Below, one piece after another: positions 1 through 12,785 of a stretch of DNA of 64,000 nucleotides. The stretch is from the human T2T-CHM13v2.0 reference genome, Homo sapiens. The stretch lies in the NCBI RefSeq assembly GCF_009914755.1, contig NC_060934.1, one strand, 5' to 3'. The position numbers were made by a program, and so were the translations under genes. The notes under the pieces are model-generated. The model saw only the letters and a program-made list of their open reading frames with translations, did no database searches and was not told the DNA's origin. The stretch's first letter is position 1. Each line of letters starts with the position of its first letter.

Positions 1-887
1 GGTCATCTTGGAAGAGTGAGCCATGCTAGGGAGGGGGCAGGGGCTCTACCCTTCCATTAATGGAACACTATGGAACATTTATGCCTCCTCGTTTCTCAGG
101 CATAAAGAAGAGAAAAAGGGAAACTCAGCTGTAGTTCTGTGCTTTTCAAGGAAAAGAAGAAAGAGCGAATTCTGCCAACCCTGAACCCACGTTTTGGCTT
201 AGCTCTTGATTCTGAGTGGCACAGGAACCGGATTTTAGATAAAGAAGAGACGTTTCTGTTACCTTGTAAGGCAGGAAATGGTTTTCTGGTCCTGGGATTC
301 CTCTTCTGAGTGTGTGGGTGTCATGATTTCCTGTTTCTTTTTTCTCTCTTTCTTTTTTTCTTTAAGCTTTTACATTTAGAAAATATATTGAATGCCCTAA
401 TTTTGTTGCGGTAAATTTCCAATATATAAATCAAAATTAGACTTTATTTTCTGGGTCTTAGACCATTCTGGGTCTGCTTTTTGTTTAGCATGTCAAGTAT
501 ACGATGCAAAATGCCTTTTTTTTTTTTTTCTTGGAGGAGATTAACATTGTCAGGCTGTTCAACTTAGAGGACAGTTCTAACTGGCTGCTAAAATCAACAC
601 ACAGTTTGACAGCTGTGGTTTTTTCTTTTAAACTAATTCCACAAAAAGAGATGAACGATAGAGATCAAACCATCATATGATGCTGCTGCTGATGGTTTAA
701 TATAATTTTCCCAAGAAGCACTGGATTGTGTCCCTTAAAATGCTCTTATCTTGGGTGAGTTAGTGGGAGGGAAGCACTGTTCTGCTCTGGTCCTGTCCTC
801 TTTTTTTTTTTTTTAAGAGCAAAATAATTGTCACCTAGTTTTGTGTGTAGCAGTGTGGGTTGGGAGATTCGTGGAGGGCCATGGTTC

Positions 888-1049
888 CCATCAGTGCATG
901 GAAGCCTTGTGAAAACACAAATTGCTGGGCCACACCACCGGAGTTTCTGATTTAGTATGTCTGGGGTAGGGCCTGATTATCTGTATTTCCAGGAAGTTCC
1001 CAGGTAATATGCTGCTACTGGTCCAGGGATCACCTTTTGAGAATCACTG
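888..1049 (-). mobile_element. MER5A (hAT-Charlie MITE)
   Basis: Matches recalled MER5A: gtgaaaacacaaattgctgggcc...gtttctgatttagtatgtctggggtagggcc...ttttgagaatcactg. Confidence 0.8.
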
Positions 1050-1152
1050 GTCTAACGTAAAGGCTGTCATACTGGATGTCAGGGTCCTAGGTTCTAGAGT
1101 CCTAGGACTGTGAGATTTTAAAACTTGATGATTCCTTGGAGACTGCCTAGTC

Positions 1153-1379
1153 CAGGGGTTGGCAGGCTAACTTTTTCTGCCAACAGCCAGATAATAAATA
1201 TTATAGGCTTTGCTGGCCATCTGGTGTCTTTTGCAACTACTCAACTCCACTGTTGTGGTATAAAAGCAGCTGTAGATAGACACATGCAAACAAATGAGCA
1301 TGGCTGTGTTCCAATAAAACTTTACGTTTCCATAGACAGGCAGCAAGCCAGACATGGCCCATGTAGTTTGCCAACCCTG
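1153..1379 (+). mobile_element. MER58A (hAT MITE) inserted into a MIR
   Basis: TIRs caggggttggca / tgccaaccctg; 8-bp TSD gcctagtc (1145-1152) / gtctagtc (1380-1387); internal gctgtgttccaataaaacttta. Confidence 0.85.
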
Positions 1380-1387
1380 GTCTAGTC

Positions 1388-1480
1388 TAAGCTTTCATTT
1401 TACAGACGAGGAGATTGATTTTCAGAGAGGTTAGTTGACAATGACAATTACACAGGTGGCTGAATGCATGCCACTTGACT
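1388..1480 (-). mobile_element. MIR fragment
   Basis: MIR core cattttacagacgaggaga...cagagaggttagttgac. Confidence 0.6.
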
Positions 1481-1541
1481 ACTAACCAGCTAGTTGACTT
1501 GAGGTAAGATGCTTTGCCATACCACCTATAAAATAAGAAGA

Positions 1542-2483
1542 TGTGTTAGTTATCTGTGTTAGTTTTCTAGGGCTGCCATAACAAGATACCACAGACTGGG
1601 TGGCTTAAACAATAGAAATGTATTGTCTTACAGTGCAGGAGGCTGGAAGTCCACAATCACGGTGTCAGCAGGGTTGGTTTCTCCTGAGGCCTTCCTCCCT
1701 GGCTTGCAGATGGCAGCCCTCTTGCTGTGTCCTCACACGGCCTTATCTCTGCATATACATTCCTAGTGTCTCTTCCTCTTATAAGGACATCAGTAAGATT
1801 GGATTAGGGCCCACCATAATGGTCTCATTTTAACTTAACAGCCTCTTTAAAGGCTCTGTCTCCAAATACAGTCCCATTCCAAGAAATACGGGGCGTTAGG
1901 TCTTCAACATATGAATTCTTAAGGAGGGAGGTGACACACCATTCAGCCCATAACATTATCTGTTGCTATATAACAAATTACTCCAAAATTTAGTGGCTTT
2001 AAACAAGAAAAATTTATTATGTCACAGTTTCTGTGGGTGACAAGTCCAGGAGAAGCTCTGGCTCAAATGCTCCCATGTGCTTGCAGTAAAACTCTTGATC
2101 AGGGCTGTGGTATCATCCAAAGGCTCAAGTGGAGAAGGGTCCAGGTTTATCCTCATGGTTCCTGGGAGGCTTCTGTTCCTTGTGGGATGTTGGACTGCAG
2201 GTCTCAGGTCCCTATTGGTTGACGATGGGGCCCCCTTCAGTTCCTTACAACCAGGGTCTCTCCCTAGAGCTGCTCAATGGGTCAGCTGTTCCCTTAGAAA
2301 GAGGAAGCGAGTGAGATAGGAGGAGCATGTCATTCTGTAACCTAACCTCAGAAGTGATGTTCCACCATTTGTGCCACACATAAGCAAGCCACAAGTCCAG
2401 TGTGCACTCCATGGGAGGGGAATACCCAAGGGTATGAATACCAAGCAGCAGGGGTCCCTGGGGGCCACTGAGAGGCTGGCTAT
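1542..2483 (-). mobile_element. MLT1F-type MaLR solo LTR, interrupted by MLT1B
   Basis: tgtgttagttatc|tgttgctatataacaaattactccaaaatttagtggc... ending gggtatgaataccaag...gggggccactgagaggctggcta. Confidence 0.7.
1555..1955 (-). mobile_element. MLT1B MaLR solo LTR (full length)
   Basis: TG...CA ends; perfect 5-bp TSD ttatc (1550-1554, 1956-1960); ctcttataaggacatcagtaagattggattagggcccacc; attcagcccataaca. Confidence 0.85.
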
Positions 2484-2674
2484 GGAAGAAAGCCAGCCAC
2501 ATGATCCAATGCTCCCCATTTTAAAATTCCTCCTTTCTCAACTTCTTTCTAGTCTTTTGCTATCTTGCTTTTTCCTTTATTAGTTTTTTTTTTTTTTTGC
2601 CTATTTTGTTTAAATTTAGAGAACTTTGGTGTTTTCATAATATCTGAAGGGTCTATGAAACATGGAGAACGTGT

Positions 2675-2778
2675 CAGGTATAATGTATATTATTTGGGTG
2701 ATGGTTACACTGAAAGCTCAGGCTTTACTGCTACACAATGTATCTTGTAACAAAACTGCACTTGTACCCCTTAAATCC
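2675..2778 (+). mobile_element. L1 3' UTR fragment (old L1PA/L1PB)
   Basis: gggtgatggttacactgaaagc...gtaacaaaactgcacttgtacccc. Confidence 0.7.
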
Positions 2779-3392
2779 AGTAGATTGAAGATTTGGCAAT
2801 TATAGATTCATGGCTTTCACCAATTTGGATATAAATTTAAATGAACTTAAACACATTTCTCTGTAAGTTAGATTATTAGCTAGATCAACTATTTTTAAGT
2901 GCAGGCCTTATTTACATGTAAGCAATGCATTTGCTGATCACATATATCCCTATTAAAGCAGATCTCTTTGTATCTATTTGGCAAAACCTCCTTAATCTTG
3001 CAGCAATCTCAGTTTTTTTTTTTACGTTGATAGCCTTTATTTCTTTAAAAATTCTATTAATCAAACTTTCTGCTTATTTGGAGTAAACTCTGCAGGACTG
3101 GCTAGATTTGCATGGTGTGACTGTAGGTGTTTTTTGAAAATAGAACTACAGAAGAAAGTATTCTTGGCTTAGTTCTTGGTAGCTTCCTGATAGAAGAGAT
3201 CTGTAGAGTCAGCGAATGTGCTTGGTTCTGGAGATCATGCCTGAAGCCATTTATCTAGTCATCATGTGCATAACAGACTTTACTCCATCTCTTAAATGAT
3301 CTGAAAAATACTTTATTTTTTTTTTTTTTTACTTTTTAAACATAATTGAAAAGCTAATAACTATGGAGGTTTTGCTTTTTATAAGTTTATAG

Positions 3393-3596
3393 CAGTGGTT
3401 CTCAACTAGGGGAGATTTTGTCCCCTGGGGAACATTTGGTAATGTCTGGAGACATTTTGTTTTTCACACCTGGGGTGGAAGGGGGACTGCTACTGGTGTC
3501 TAGTGGGTATAGAAGCCAGGGATACACAGGGCAGTTCTCTACAACAAAAAATTACCCAGACCAGAATGTCAATGGTGCTGAGATTGAGAAACCCTG
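3393..3596 (+). mobile_element. MER20 (hAT MITE)
   Basis: cagtggttctcaac...catttggtaatgtctggagacatttt...aatgtcaatggtgctgagattgagaaaccctg. Confidence 0.9.
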
Positions 3597-4136
3597 GCCA
3601 GAGGAGTACACTCCCAAAGTGGTTTTGGCTGATAGTTGCTACAAGATTGGGGCTCAAATGTCAAATGGGATAATAGTGCCTTAATAGCAGCCTATTTCAG
3701 GGCCTTTAAAATGCTCACATGCATATTGTCTCCCTCAGAGATAAGATCTAGTATTAAAGACTCTCAAACATGTTGAATCATGGAGCCTTTTTTTCTGCGG
3801 GTTTTTGGGCACCACATATTCTTTATATGAGGCATTCCTTCGAGAATGCTAGCTTGGAGTGCCCACAACAAATGACATACACTCCTGAGTGAGGGAGTCT
3901 TGGGGAACTGAAATGTACTTGTATTATAGGAAAAGTTATTGCATTTCCATCCCATTCCCCACTCCCACCAGATATGCTGTAGATAAATGATTATGAGAGT
4001 AAAATATGCTGATCATTGAAATTTTGGACAATAGTTGGGAAGAAAATAAAGGCAGCCCATTATTATAGCACTCAAGGAGAATCATTGTTAACATTACGTT
4101 ATGTTTACATCAGTATCTTTGGTATCTTTTTCTATG

Positions 4137-4673
4137 TGTGACAGAGTATGATCCAAAGATGGCCCATCAATATATATCCCATCCTACATGCTCTTTTTAC
4201 AAGATGACTTTAACACTCATCCAATGACAAATCTCTGCTTCCTCCCCTTGAAACTGGGCATGCCTGGGACTCTGGTAGAAGTGATGCTGTGTGACTTATG
4301 AGGTTAGATTAGAAAATACATCAGCTCCTTCCTGGCTTTCTCTCTCTTGAATGCATGTCATTCATTATGGCCACCATGTTGTGAGGAACCCCAAGCTAAT
4401 CTTTACAAAACAACTGCATGGAGAGACCCACATGGACAGGAACCGAGACTCCTAGTCAACCGCCAGCATCCACCACCCAGCTTCTGACTGGGTGAGACTT
4501 CAGATGATTCCAGGCCCAGCCTTTGAACTGCCCCAGCTGGCATTGAGTGGAGAAGAGGTTGGTTGTTTCCTCTGAGCCCTGACCAAATTATGGTTTCATG
4601 AGCAAAATAAATTTGTTGTGTTGACCCACCACATGTTGGAGAAGTTTGCTATGTGGTATTAGATAACTAGAAC
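4137..4673 (+). mobile_element. MLT1G/H-type MaLR solo LTR
   Basis: ccaaagatggcc, cctccccttgaaactgggc, agaagtgatgctgtgtgact, catgagcaaaataaat, ends agataactagaaca. Confidence 0.75.
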
Positions 4674-5859
4674 ACAATATATAAACACTTAGTTTTTACA
4701 TAATTGGGATCATAAAGTTCTTCCGTAACATTAAATGTCTTTCAAATCTTGATTTTTAATCACAATGTCACCTTTTTTTTTTGTTTACATCAGCTCATGT
4801 TGCCAAATATCTAATAGGTCTTAAGGGGTCATGTCATGGACAACCCAGGGTCCTAATATAATTTATAACAGTAGCACATTTTCTTTAAGAACTCCCTTGA
4901 AGCTTCAGACAGCTCCCTTGAGCCTTGCACTGCACATTGGGTGGCTTGGCTCCATGAGCTAGCTGACTTCTTCTACTTGTTTTATGTTAATTTGGGCCAA
5001 ACTCCCAAGATTCTCTGAACAGTAGTCCTTAATGCCCAGAAATGTAAATCGACCTCGATGTTTTATTTGAAGTTGGTTAATTTGACTCTCTCTCTCTCAC
5101 CTTCACTTTCTGTCATTTAAGAAAAGATAAATTTTGAGCAAGAAAATGAAAAGTCACGTGCTCATGAAACTCATGACAAGATAAATGGTTATGTCAGTGG
5201 TAGGCAAATGTGAATTTTAAAGCCGATCTGAAAGAAAGAGAGAAGTTACCTTGCCTAGTTTAAGACATTCTATTTCTTTCTTAATAAGGCCATCAACTTT
5301 CAAATCAACAAGGTGTGGTCTGGCGTTATCATTCAAAGAATAAATGCCAGCAACTCCCCTTCGTTTTTGTAAATACTGAAACCTTCAGGGAAGAGCTTTG
5401 TTGAGGGTCTATGACATATTCATATGATTATTACTCCTATTCGGTGTTGTTTTGAAGACTGACATAGAGTGAAAGGTTCACTCATTCAGCACACAGAGCT
5501 TTTTTAAGTGTCTACTGTCAGGCATTGCTAAACCCTGGATAAAAATGAATCACACATAATTCCTGTCTTCAAGGAGTTAAAGCTTTTTAGGGGATTATGT
5601 TTCTCCCAGGGTTCTTACATATTTCCTATCATCTGACAGTTCATTGCATGATTTTCACCAACCAGCTCCAACATTCCCAATTTCTTTTAGGAGACTATGA
5701 TTTTTCATGTGCATTGTATCTGTTCATATAAAAGCAATTCCATTGTAAATTAGTTTTATACAATTCAAGTAGTATTTACTAATGCTCACCATTAGGGTGT
5801 TGGCATCCCTATCTCCTGTTCCACTTAGGAGTATGATAGACGTGAAGGAATAAGGAAAT

Positions 5860-5985
5860 CTAGAACATAGTTCTGGCTTCACTAGTTCCTCACTGTGCCA
5901 TTTTGGGCAGGTTACTTTGGTCTCTGTTTCCTCATCTGTGTAATGAGGCTGTTGTAAGTAACACTTCCAGCTCAAGATTTTATGT
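5860..5985 (+). mobile_element. MIR fragment
   Basis: tttgggcaggttact...ctgtttcctcatctgtgtaatg. Confidence 0.6.
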
Positions 5986-6543
5986 TTTTAGGTCTCGTTT
6001 CTAAAAAAAAAAAAATTCACAGTACTAGAAGTACATGAGTAGGTGTGCATGCAACACCTCCCATTACAAACATCAACCTGCTATGAGAATGTCCTTGGAT
6101 CATTTGGGATGTCAGCTTCTGTACCATGTGAGAATGTTTTCCTGCTGGGCTTTACTCTCTGATTGTAAAGACTGGGATCCTGTGAATGTTGGCTCTTTAT
6201 GTGGCTGGGAAAGGGCTTCTTATTGACTGCAGAATATGAAGTTATTAATCAGGGAGAGACGCCATGTAGCTGTAAGTAAGTGTACTGTTGAATGTGTTTA
6301 TGATGGCCAACTCTGATATTAAATCATTCTCAGGTCAAAGTTTTGTTGAGAGGAAAAATAATTACATAATACATATATTACATCTATGTATGTAATACTT
6401 ATTACATATATGTAATATAATGCATTACATATATAAATATACATATATACATATACAGCTGTGTACATATATACATGTGTAATAATGTATCTCAATGTAG
6501 CTTAGTACATAATAATTGCTCAGCTGTATGTATACAGCTGAGT

Positions 6544-6805
6544 AAAAAAATTGCAGCATCTACATATTGTTATAGATTTTGGCAACAGTTTTTGATCTAA
6601 CATTTTTGGCATTTAAAAATACATTTAAATCATATGACAATACATTGAATATGGTAGCAGGTAGAATAAGGCTGATAACAGGTAATTTAAATAGTTGACT
6701 TATCAGGTATCTGACATTTTCTCTATAACTTTATGAAAAAGAGAAGGATATTCACAAATACACTTACAAAAAAAGATGTTACAGGGAATCTAAACATTGT
6801 GTTAG
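6544..6805 (+). repeat. Copy 1 of a diverged ~260-bp local direct duplication
   Basis: Colinear with 7411-7685 from aaaaaaattgca...gttatagattttgg to gaatctaaacattgtgttag. Confidence 0.9.
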
Positions 6806-7410
6806 CATATATTACATAGGAGTAATTATTATATACAAAACTCCGTTGAGATATATAATTATATATATGTATATACATATACAGCTGTGTGTATATATAT
6901 ATATACAAATTAAATGGATTAACAAACAACTGCATTATAGTTATTCATTTTTAAACTATCTGTTGAAATACAAAGTGTAACTTATTTGACAAATATTTGT
7001 GGAATACCTATTGACACACTGCTGAAAGTCTGTACTCTGCAGTTAATGATCATGATGTGTAGTTTCATCTGAAGTCCAAATCACAGTATGATTCATGGCT
7101 GGGGAGTCAGTAAAAATCACTACAGTTTAATCTCTCATATTAAAAGGGTCAAATTTGGGGATTGAGTGTATGGGATGCAGCTTTCTGGTAGCGGTGTCCT
7201 GCTTTTTCACAAAGCCAACTCACTGTCTGGACAGCAAAGAATGTCCCCAACCTGCCTTCTATTTCCTTCCCTGTTCCACAGGGAGCACCAAGTTATGAAC
7301 AGGCCATTGGCTTTTTCAGCCACTGGCATTTTCTTGACTTCAGAATCAAAAATTGGGTGGAATTTGGGGGAATCTATTGCTTTTATATATTTAAAAGATT
7401 TCACTATTTT

Positions 7411-7685
7411 AAAAAAAATTGCAACATCAAAGTAAGGTTATAGATTTTGGAAACAGTTTTGGATCTAACATCTTTGGCATTTACAAAATACATTTAAGTG
7501 ATACAACAATACACTGAATATGGTACCAGGTAGAATAAGGCTGATATCAAGTGACTTAAGTTGTTCACTCATCATGTATCTGATATTTTCTCCATAACTT
7601 CATGAAATGGAGATGAAATGGAGAGAGATATTTTCAAATACACTTATGAAAAAAGATGTTACAAGGAATCTAAACATTGTGTTAG
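7411..7685 (+). repeat. Copy 2 of the local direct duplication
   Basis: Colinear with 6544-6805; carries an extra gaaatggaga micro-duplication near 7604-7624. Confidence 0.9.
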
Positions 7686-7702
7686 GGTAGGAGCTTTTTA
7701 CC

Positions 7703-8186
7703 TGTGATAGCTAATTTTATGTTAACTTGGCTGGGCCACGAGATGCCCAGATATTTGGTCAAACATTATTCTGGGTGTTTTCTGTGAGGGTATTTTTGGA
7801 TGGGATTAATATTTAAATTGGACTTTAAGTAAAGCAGGCTGCCATCCCTAGTGTGGGGAGGCACTGTCCAATCAGTTGAAGGCCTGAATAGAACAATAAA
7901 CTGACCGTTTCCCAAGCCAGAGAGGATTCTCCAGCAGATGGCCTTTGAACTTGAACTGGAACCTGGGCTTTCTTGGGTCTGCAGCCTGCCAGCCTTTGGA
8001 CTGGAATTGGAGCTTTGGCTCTCCTGGGTCTCCAGCCTGTGCTGTATGCTGCAGCTTTCAGACTTGCCAGCCTCCGTAATCATGGGAGCAAATTCCTTAT
8101 AATAAATCTTTTTACACTCCTATATGAATTATAGTATATTATACATATACTATTGGTTTTGGTTTTCTGGAGAACCCTATTAACTG
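7703..8186 (+). mobile_element. MLT2 (ERVL) solo LTR, MLT2B/D-like
   Basis: tgtgatagctaattttatgttaacttggctgggccac...tgcccagatatttggtcaaacattattctgggtg...aaattccttataataaatc...ctggagaaccct. Confidence 0.85.
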
Positions 8187-9204
8187 AATGTGTCTGTCTT
8201 CAGTACTCAGGAGATTATTTCTGTGAGTTCCAACACCCCTTGTGCGGAAAATAGAAGAGCAGCAAGAAAACAAGGAATAACAGAGATTAAGGAGATTTTG
8301 TCTATAAGGTGGATTGGAGGTTATGGATAGAGTTAAATAAAAAAAAAAGGTCCTAAGACATCCAGCAAAGGCATGTACCTTATAAAGAACAGATAGCATC
8401 AACCCAACTTAATTTCATTGAACTATTTTCCTCCTCATGCCGCTTTGTTGTTTATAAATCCCTGACCAAAAATATCTCTGTAAGATAAGACCTAAAGACA
8501 TTCTTATCCCTCCTACTGTGCAAATAGTTTATGCGGCCATCCTCAGCACTTACAATATGGTGGTTACCTGTTGGCCTCAACCTCATGTCTCCAAGTTCCT
8601 TGAAGCCAGGGACAAGCACAGTGCTTGTCACTTATAGGGAACTCCATAAATATGTGTTAAATCAACGAATAAATGCATGTAGGTTTTGGCCTCACCAAGC
8701 TGTTTTCCAGCTTGAGAATGTTATGAAGGAATTCTGCAAAATCTTTCTTGAGATCACATCAAAATAATTTTGTAAATATGGTACTCCTGTCCATTTACTC
8801 AAGATGAATGACATTTGGGAGGCTTAAAAGAGCTTTCGGGTTGCATTTAGTTGATTCTTTGTGAACTGACTATGGGAAAGATGATGGGGATCAGTAAAGG
8901 TTTTGAGTGATTATTTTAAGAACTTACAATAAAGGGTTACTTCCCTGATCTCAGAAGCACCACTACATCAGTGCTCTCCCTGAGTTTCAGTATCATTCCA
9001 GCCCTGGGTAGATCCACTGATACAGGGGCTAGAGAAGGCAGGCCAGGGCTGTGGCTCTCAGGAGGGATAGGAGTTGGATGTTTGCAGAGGTGGCTTTTTA
9101 TGTCCTAAAGCCATTAGTTTCATGACACTTTATTATCTCATTCTCAGATTTCATTATTTGTTGACTATATTGTCTTCTAATATAGCCTGATCATTTGCTC
9201 ACAA

Positions 9205-9465
9205 GTAAATATATGTATATATATGAGAGTATATATATATATATACATATATATATGAGAGTATATATATATATACATATATATATGAGAGTATATATAT
9301 ACAGATATATATGAGAGTATATATATACAGATATATATGAGAGTATATATATATGAGAGTATATATATATGAGAGTATATATATGTGTGTGTGTGTGTAT
9401 ATGTATATGGAGAGAGAAAAAGAAAGAAAGAGAGTGAGCAAGTGAGTGAGTGAGACAGAGAGCAA
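9205..9465. repeat. Compound microsatellite/VNTR: (TA)n with recurring GAGAG, then (TG)n and GA-rich
   Basis: Recurring tatatatgagagtatatat units. Confidence 0.9.
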
Positions 9466-10099
9466 TAATGACTAGTCACAGAGGAAACTAACTCTTAGCA
9501 ACTTGACGTTTCTCATGCCCCACATGAGGAGTTTGCCACATAGGCTGAGAGGGAGTCACATTTAATAGTAATAATTTCCACCTGCTGTCATGGAGTCTCA
9601 GATTATGCATACAGGTGGTGGTTTTATTTTTTTCCATCCAAGAATCTTGAGGCACCTTAAGAACATTAATTAGACCCTGGACCTCTTTGAAGTTGAGCCT
9701 CTACCCATATACACATGATGAAATGCAGAAGGGGAGAGGCTAATTGAGTAAAATCAGGACCACACAGAATTCCATGAAAGAGCCAGGGAGATGACGGCTT
9801 CCCTATCTGAGGCCAAAACAAGGAAACACTGAGAAGAGACGCCTGTTTGCCAGGTGCTTGAAATTCACCTGGAATTTCCACCCCCCCAACCCCATTTCAT
9901 TTACAAACCATCTTCCCTCTCCCCTCTTTGCTGCAGCACCCTATACAAAGAAAATCTAAATCACCATGTGATAATTACCATCACTCTCAGGGTTTGCTAC
10001 CCCGCACCTACAGAGCTGAAGCGTTCTCTGAGAACTGCTGTAATGGGTGTACCTGCCTTTCAGTTCTCGGTGAGAGTATGTTTTCTTGTTTAGAACTGT

Positions 10100-10148
10100 T
10101 TCTCTCTCTTTACCCCCTCCTCCTCCCTTCCTTTCCTTCCTTCTTTCC

Positions 10149-10222
<74 letters not shown>

Positions 10223-10252
10223 GTTTCTTTCTTCTTTCCTTCCTTCCTTTCT

Positions 10253-10311
<59 letters not shown>

Positions 10312-10350
10312 GTCTTTCTTTCTTCCTTTCTTCCTTTCTTCTTTTTTTTT
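10100..10350. repeat. (TTTC)n compound STR / polypyrimidine tract
   Basis: Two long pure TTTC runs. Confidence 0.95.
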
Positions 10351-12214
10351 GAATGGAGATCTACCAGTAATCTTCCCACAATTAAATCCAGGTAGGAGAA
10401 TATAAAGTTCACGAAAATGACTCAAGGCAAGGGTTGCAGCTCCCACCCACTCAAATTGTACAAAGCTTAGTCACTCTGAGAAAGTAAAAATACTAGTATC
10501 TGGGTGAAGAAAGGGAGAAATGGAGGGTTTAGGGGCAAGAAACCCCAGTGAGCATGAGGGACAGACAACTCAATAGAAATACAATGTTTTCTATGCTTGA
10601 ATTTCTATTGAACTTTTCAGTCATGTCTCTTTTCTCCATACCATTCTGATAAGGTCATTAAAGAAGGAACATGGGAAGAAAATCTCTCTCTATCAGCCTG
10701 GCCATTTCTTACAGCTCCTTTTGGGAGGATTTTTTTTTTTTTCGCCTTAACAAGAAGCTGTTCAAAGGATGCTCTTGGAGGTATTAGTGAGAAACATGGA
10801 TTGATCTCTGACAGAGATGGACAGAGCTATCCACAAATGATAGGAGACTCAATAAGTAATGGTTGGAAGACATTAATCAAGGGCACAGCCTCCTGGACAT
10901 GCAGAAGGAAATGCTATGGTTTTGCATGTGTGGAAGCACCGAAAGCCTAGGACAGTTCTCTCCAGGATGCTGTAAGAGACAGTGGTTGGATGAAACGCCA
11001 AGCTGCAGCAGATCATTTTTAGAATGAGGAAGCATTTACATGCATAAATAATGGGAAGGAAAAATGGAAGAAAGCAGACTAGATTGAGGACAAAGACATA
11101 GAATAATTTTTTTTTTGTTTTAATAGAGCAAGAGAAAGAGGCAGTGTAAGCAGATGAAAAGCTTTCCTTCTTAAAGAACAGCTCCCAGTGGTGCAGGTAT
11201 CTGGCAAAGGCCTAATAATGTGTTTATTTGTAGACTGATTTCGATGAGAGGAACCAACAAAGACCCTAAAATATATCAGGCTCAGACATGGTAGATCATT
11301 TAGCACTCCTTTTGCCCTGTGTGGAATCTTCCTTCCTTCTGGGAGTTTAAAGCTGCCTCCCTTAGTGAGAGGTAGCCTCTCCTGGGCTCCAGGCCTCCAG
11401 TTCTTTGCACACAAAGACAAGCACAGCTGCCCAGCAGCCACACAACTGCCAGGCTGCTTAGGGAGGGACAGAATGCCATTCTGTCTGAAGGTGGGTGAAA
11501 TTGCTGCCAATTTCCTCTAAGTTTGCCCTGTCTTTCAAAATTCCAAATAACAGCACACAAACAATCCCAGGCCCTCCTGGCTGCCATCCCTTTCTGGAGT
11601 AATTAGTTGAAATGCACATGATGTTCTCACCTCATTCTGAGTTTCCATGGAGTCGCCACCGTCTCCCTTAACCAGAACCTGCCATGAGCTGCTTGCAAGG
11701 GACCTGGTTCCTGGCTTTCTGAGGGAGGGAGTTTGACTGTCCTGGCAAGCATACGGAGGACTGGAGAGGTCATTGGTTCCCAGCCTGGATCTGCCAAAGG
11801 CTTTGACCTGATCAAGCCTCTCTGGGTGCTCTTAGTCTTCTTAGTTATAAAAGGAAAACATCTTTGGTTCCTCTTTATGGGGATGACTCTAGGAGTGGTG
11901 GCTTGCAGTAAGAGGGGAAAAAGAAAAGCATACATGTGGAGAGCCTGAATGTTCTGCAGAGGGACTTGGAGTTAATTTAACAAACAGTAGGAAGCTCTTA
12001 TGACTTTGGGACAGAAATATGACACCATGAAAGCAAAACTGATTAGGTGAGAGGGTGGCCAGGGGAAATCAGTAACCAGGACTGGAGACAAGGTGGCTGG
12101 CTAGGATGCTGCTGTGATATTCCAAGTTATGTGGTCATGAAGGCTGGATTTTGGTTACAGATCTGGGAATGGAAGACAAGTAGTTATCAGAAGTTGGGCC
12201 AACAATAGTGTAGA

Positions 12215-12345
12215 CTGGTGTTTTCAGAGTGTTTTCATCCCTTGAGCCCTTCCAGACCTGCTGACTCAGAAGCACTAGAGCCCAGCAGTCTGTTTTCATA
12301 AGCCCTCCTGACGATTCTAGTGCAGGCTAAAGCTTGAGAACCCCT
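12215..12345 (+). mobile_element. MER5A fragment
   Basis: ccagacctgctgactcagaa...cccagcagtctgttttcataagccctcc...ctaaagcttgagaacccctg. Confidence 0.7.
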
Positions 12346-12446
12346 GTTGTATACCACTGGGCAGATCATCAACAGGGGTGCAGAGACTTGGATTCTACTT
12401 CACATTCCAAATAAATAGTTGAATGGAATGAAAGATATCACTTAAC

Positions 12447-12724
12447 CTTTTTTTCTCCGTCCCCTAGGCTGCAGTGCAGTGGCACAGTCTTGGCTTACTG
12501 CATCCTTGACCTCCTGGGTTCAAGAGATCCTCTCACCGTAGCCTCTAGAGTAGCTGGGATTGAAAGGCATACACCACCGCACCCATCTAATTTTTTATAT
12601 TTTTGGTAGAGATGGGGTTTCACCATGTTGCCCAGGTTGGTCCCAAATTCCTCAGCTCAAGCGATCCGTTTGCCTTGGCCTCCCAAAGTGCTGGGATTAC
12701 AGGTGTGAGCCACTGTGCCCAGTC
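12447..12724 (-). mobile_element. AluJ
   Basis: Dimeric Alu with J-type positions; TSD tcacttaac / tcactcaac. Confidence 0.9.
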
Positions 12725-12785
12725 TCACTCAACAGTTAGGGGTCTCAGTTTCTTATCTATCTTTCATATATAGCTCTAAAATATT

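Noticed and set aside
9928-10446. Overlapping FLSF/ERKK ORFs
   Set aside because: (TTTC)n microsatellite
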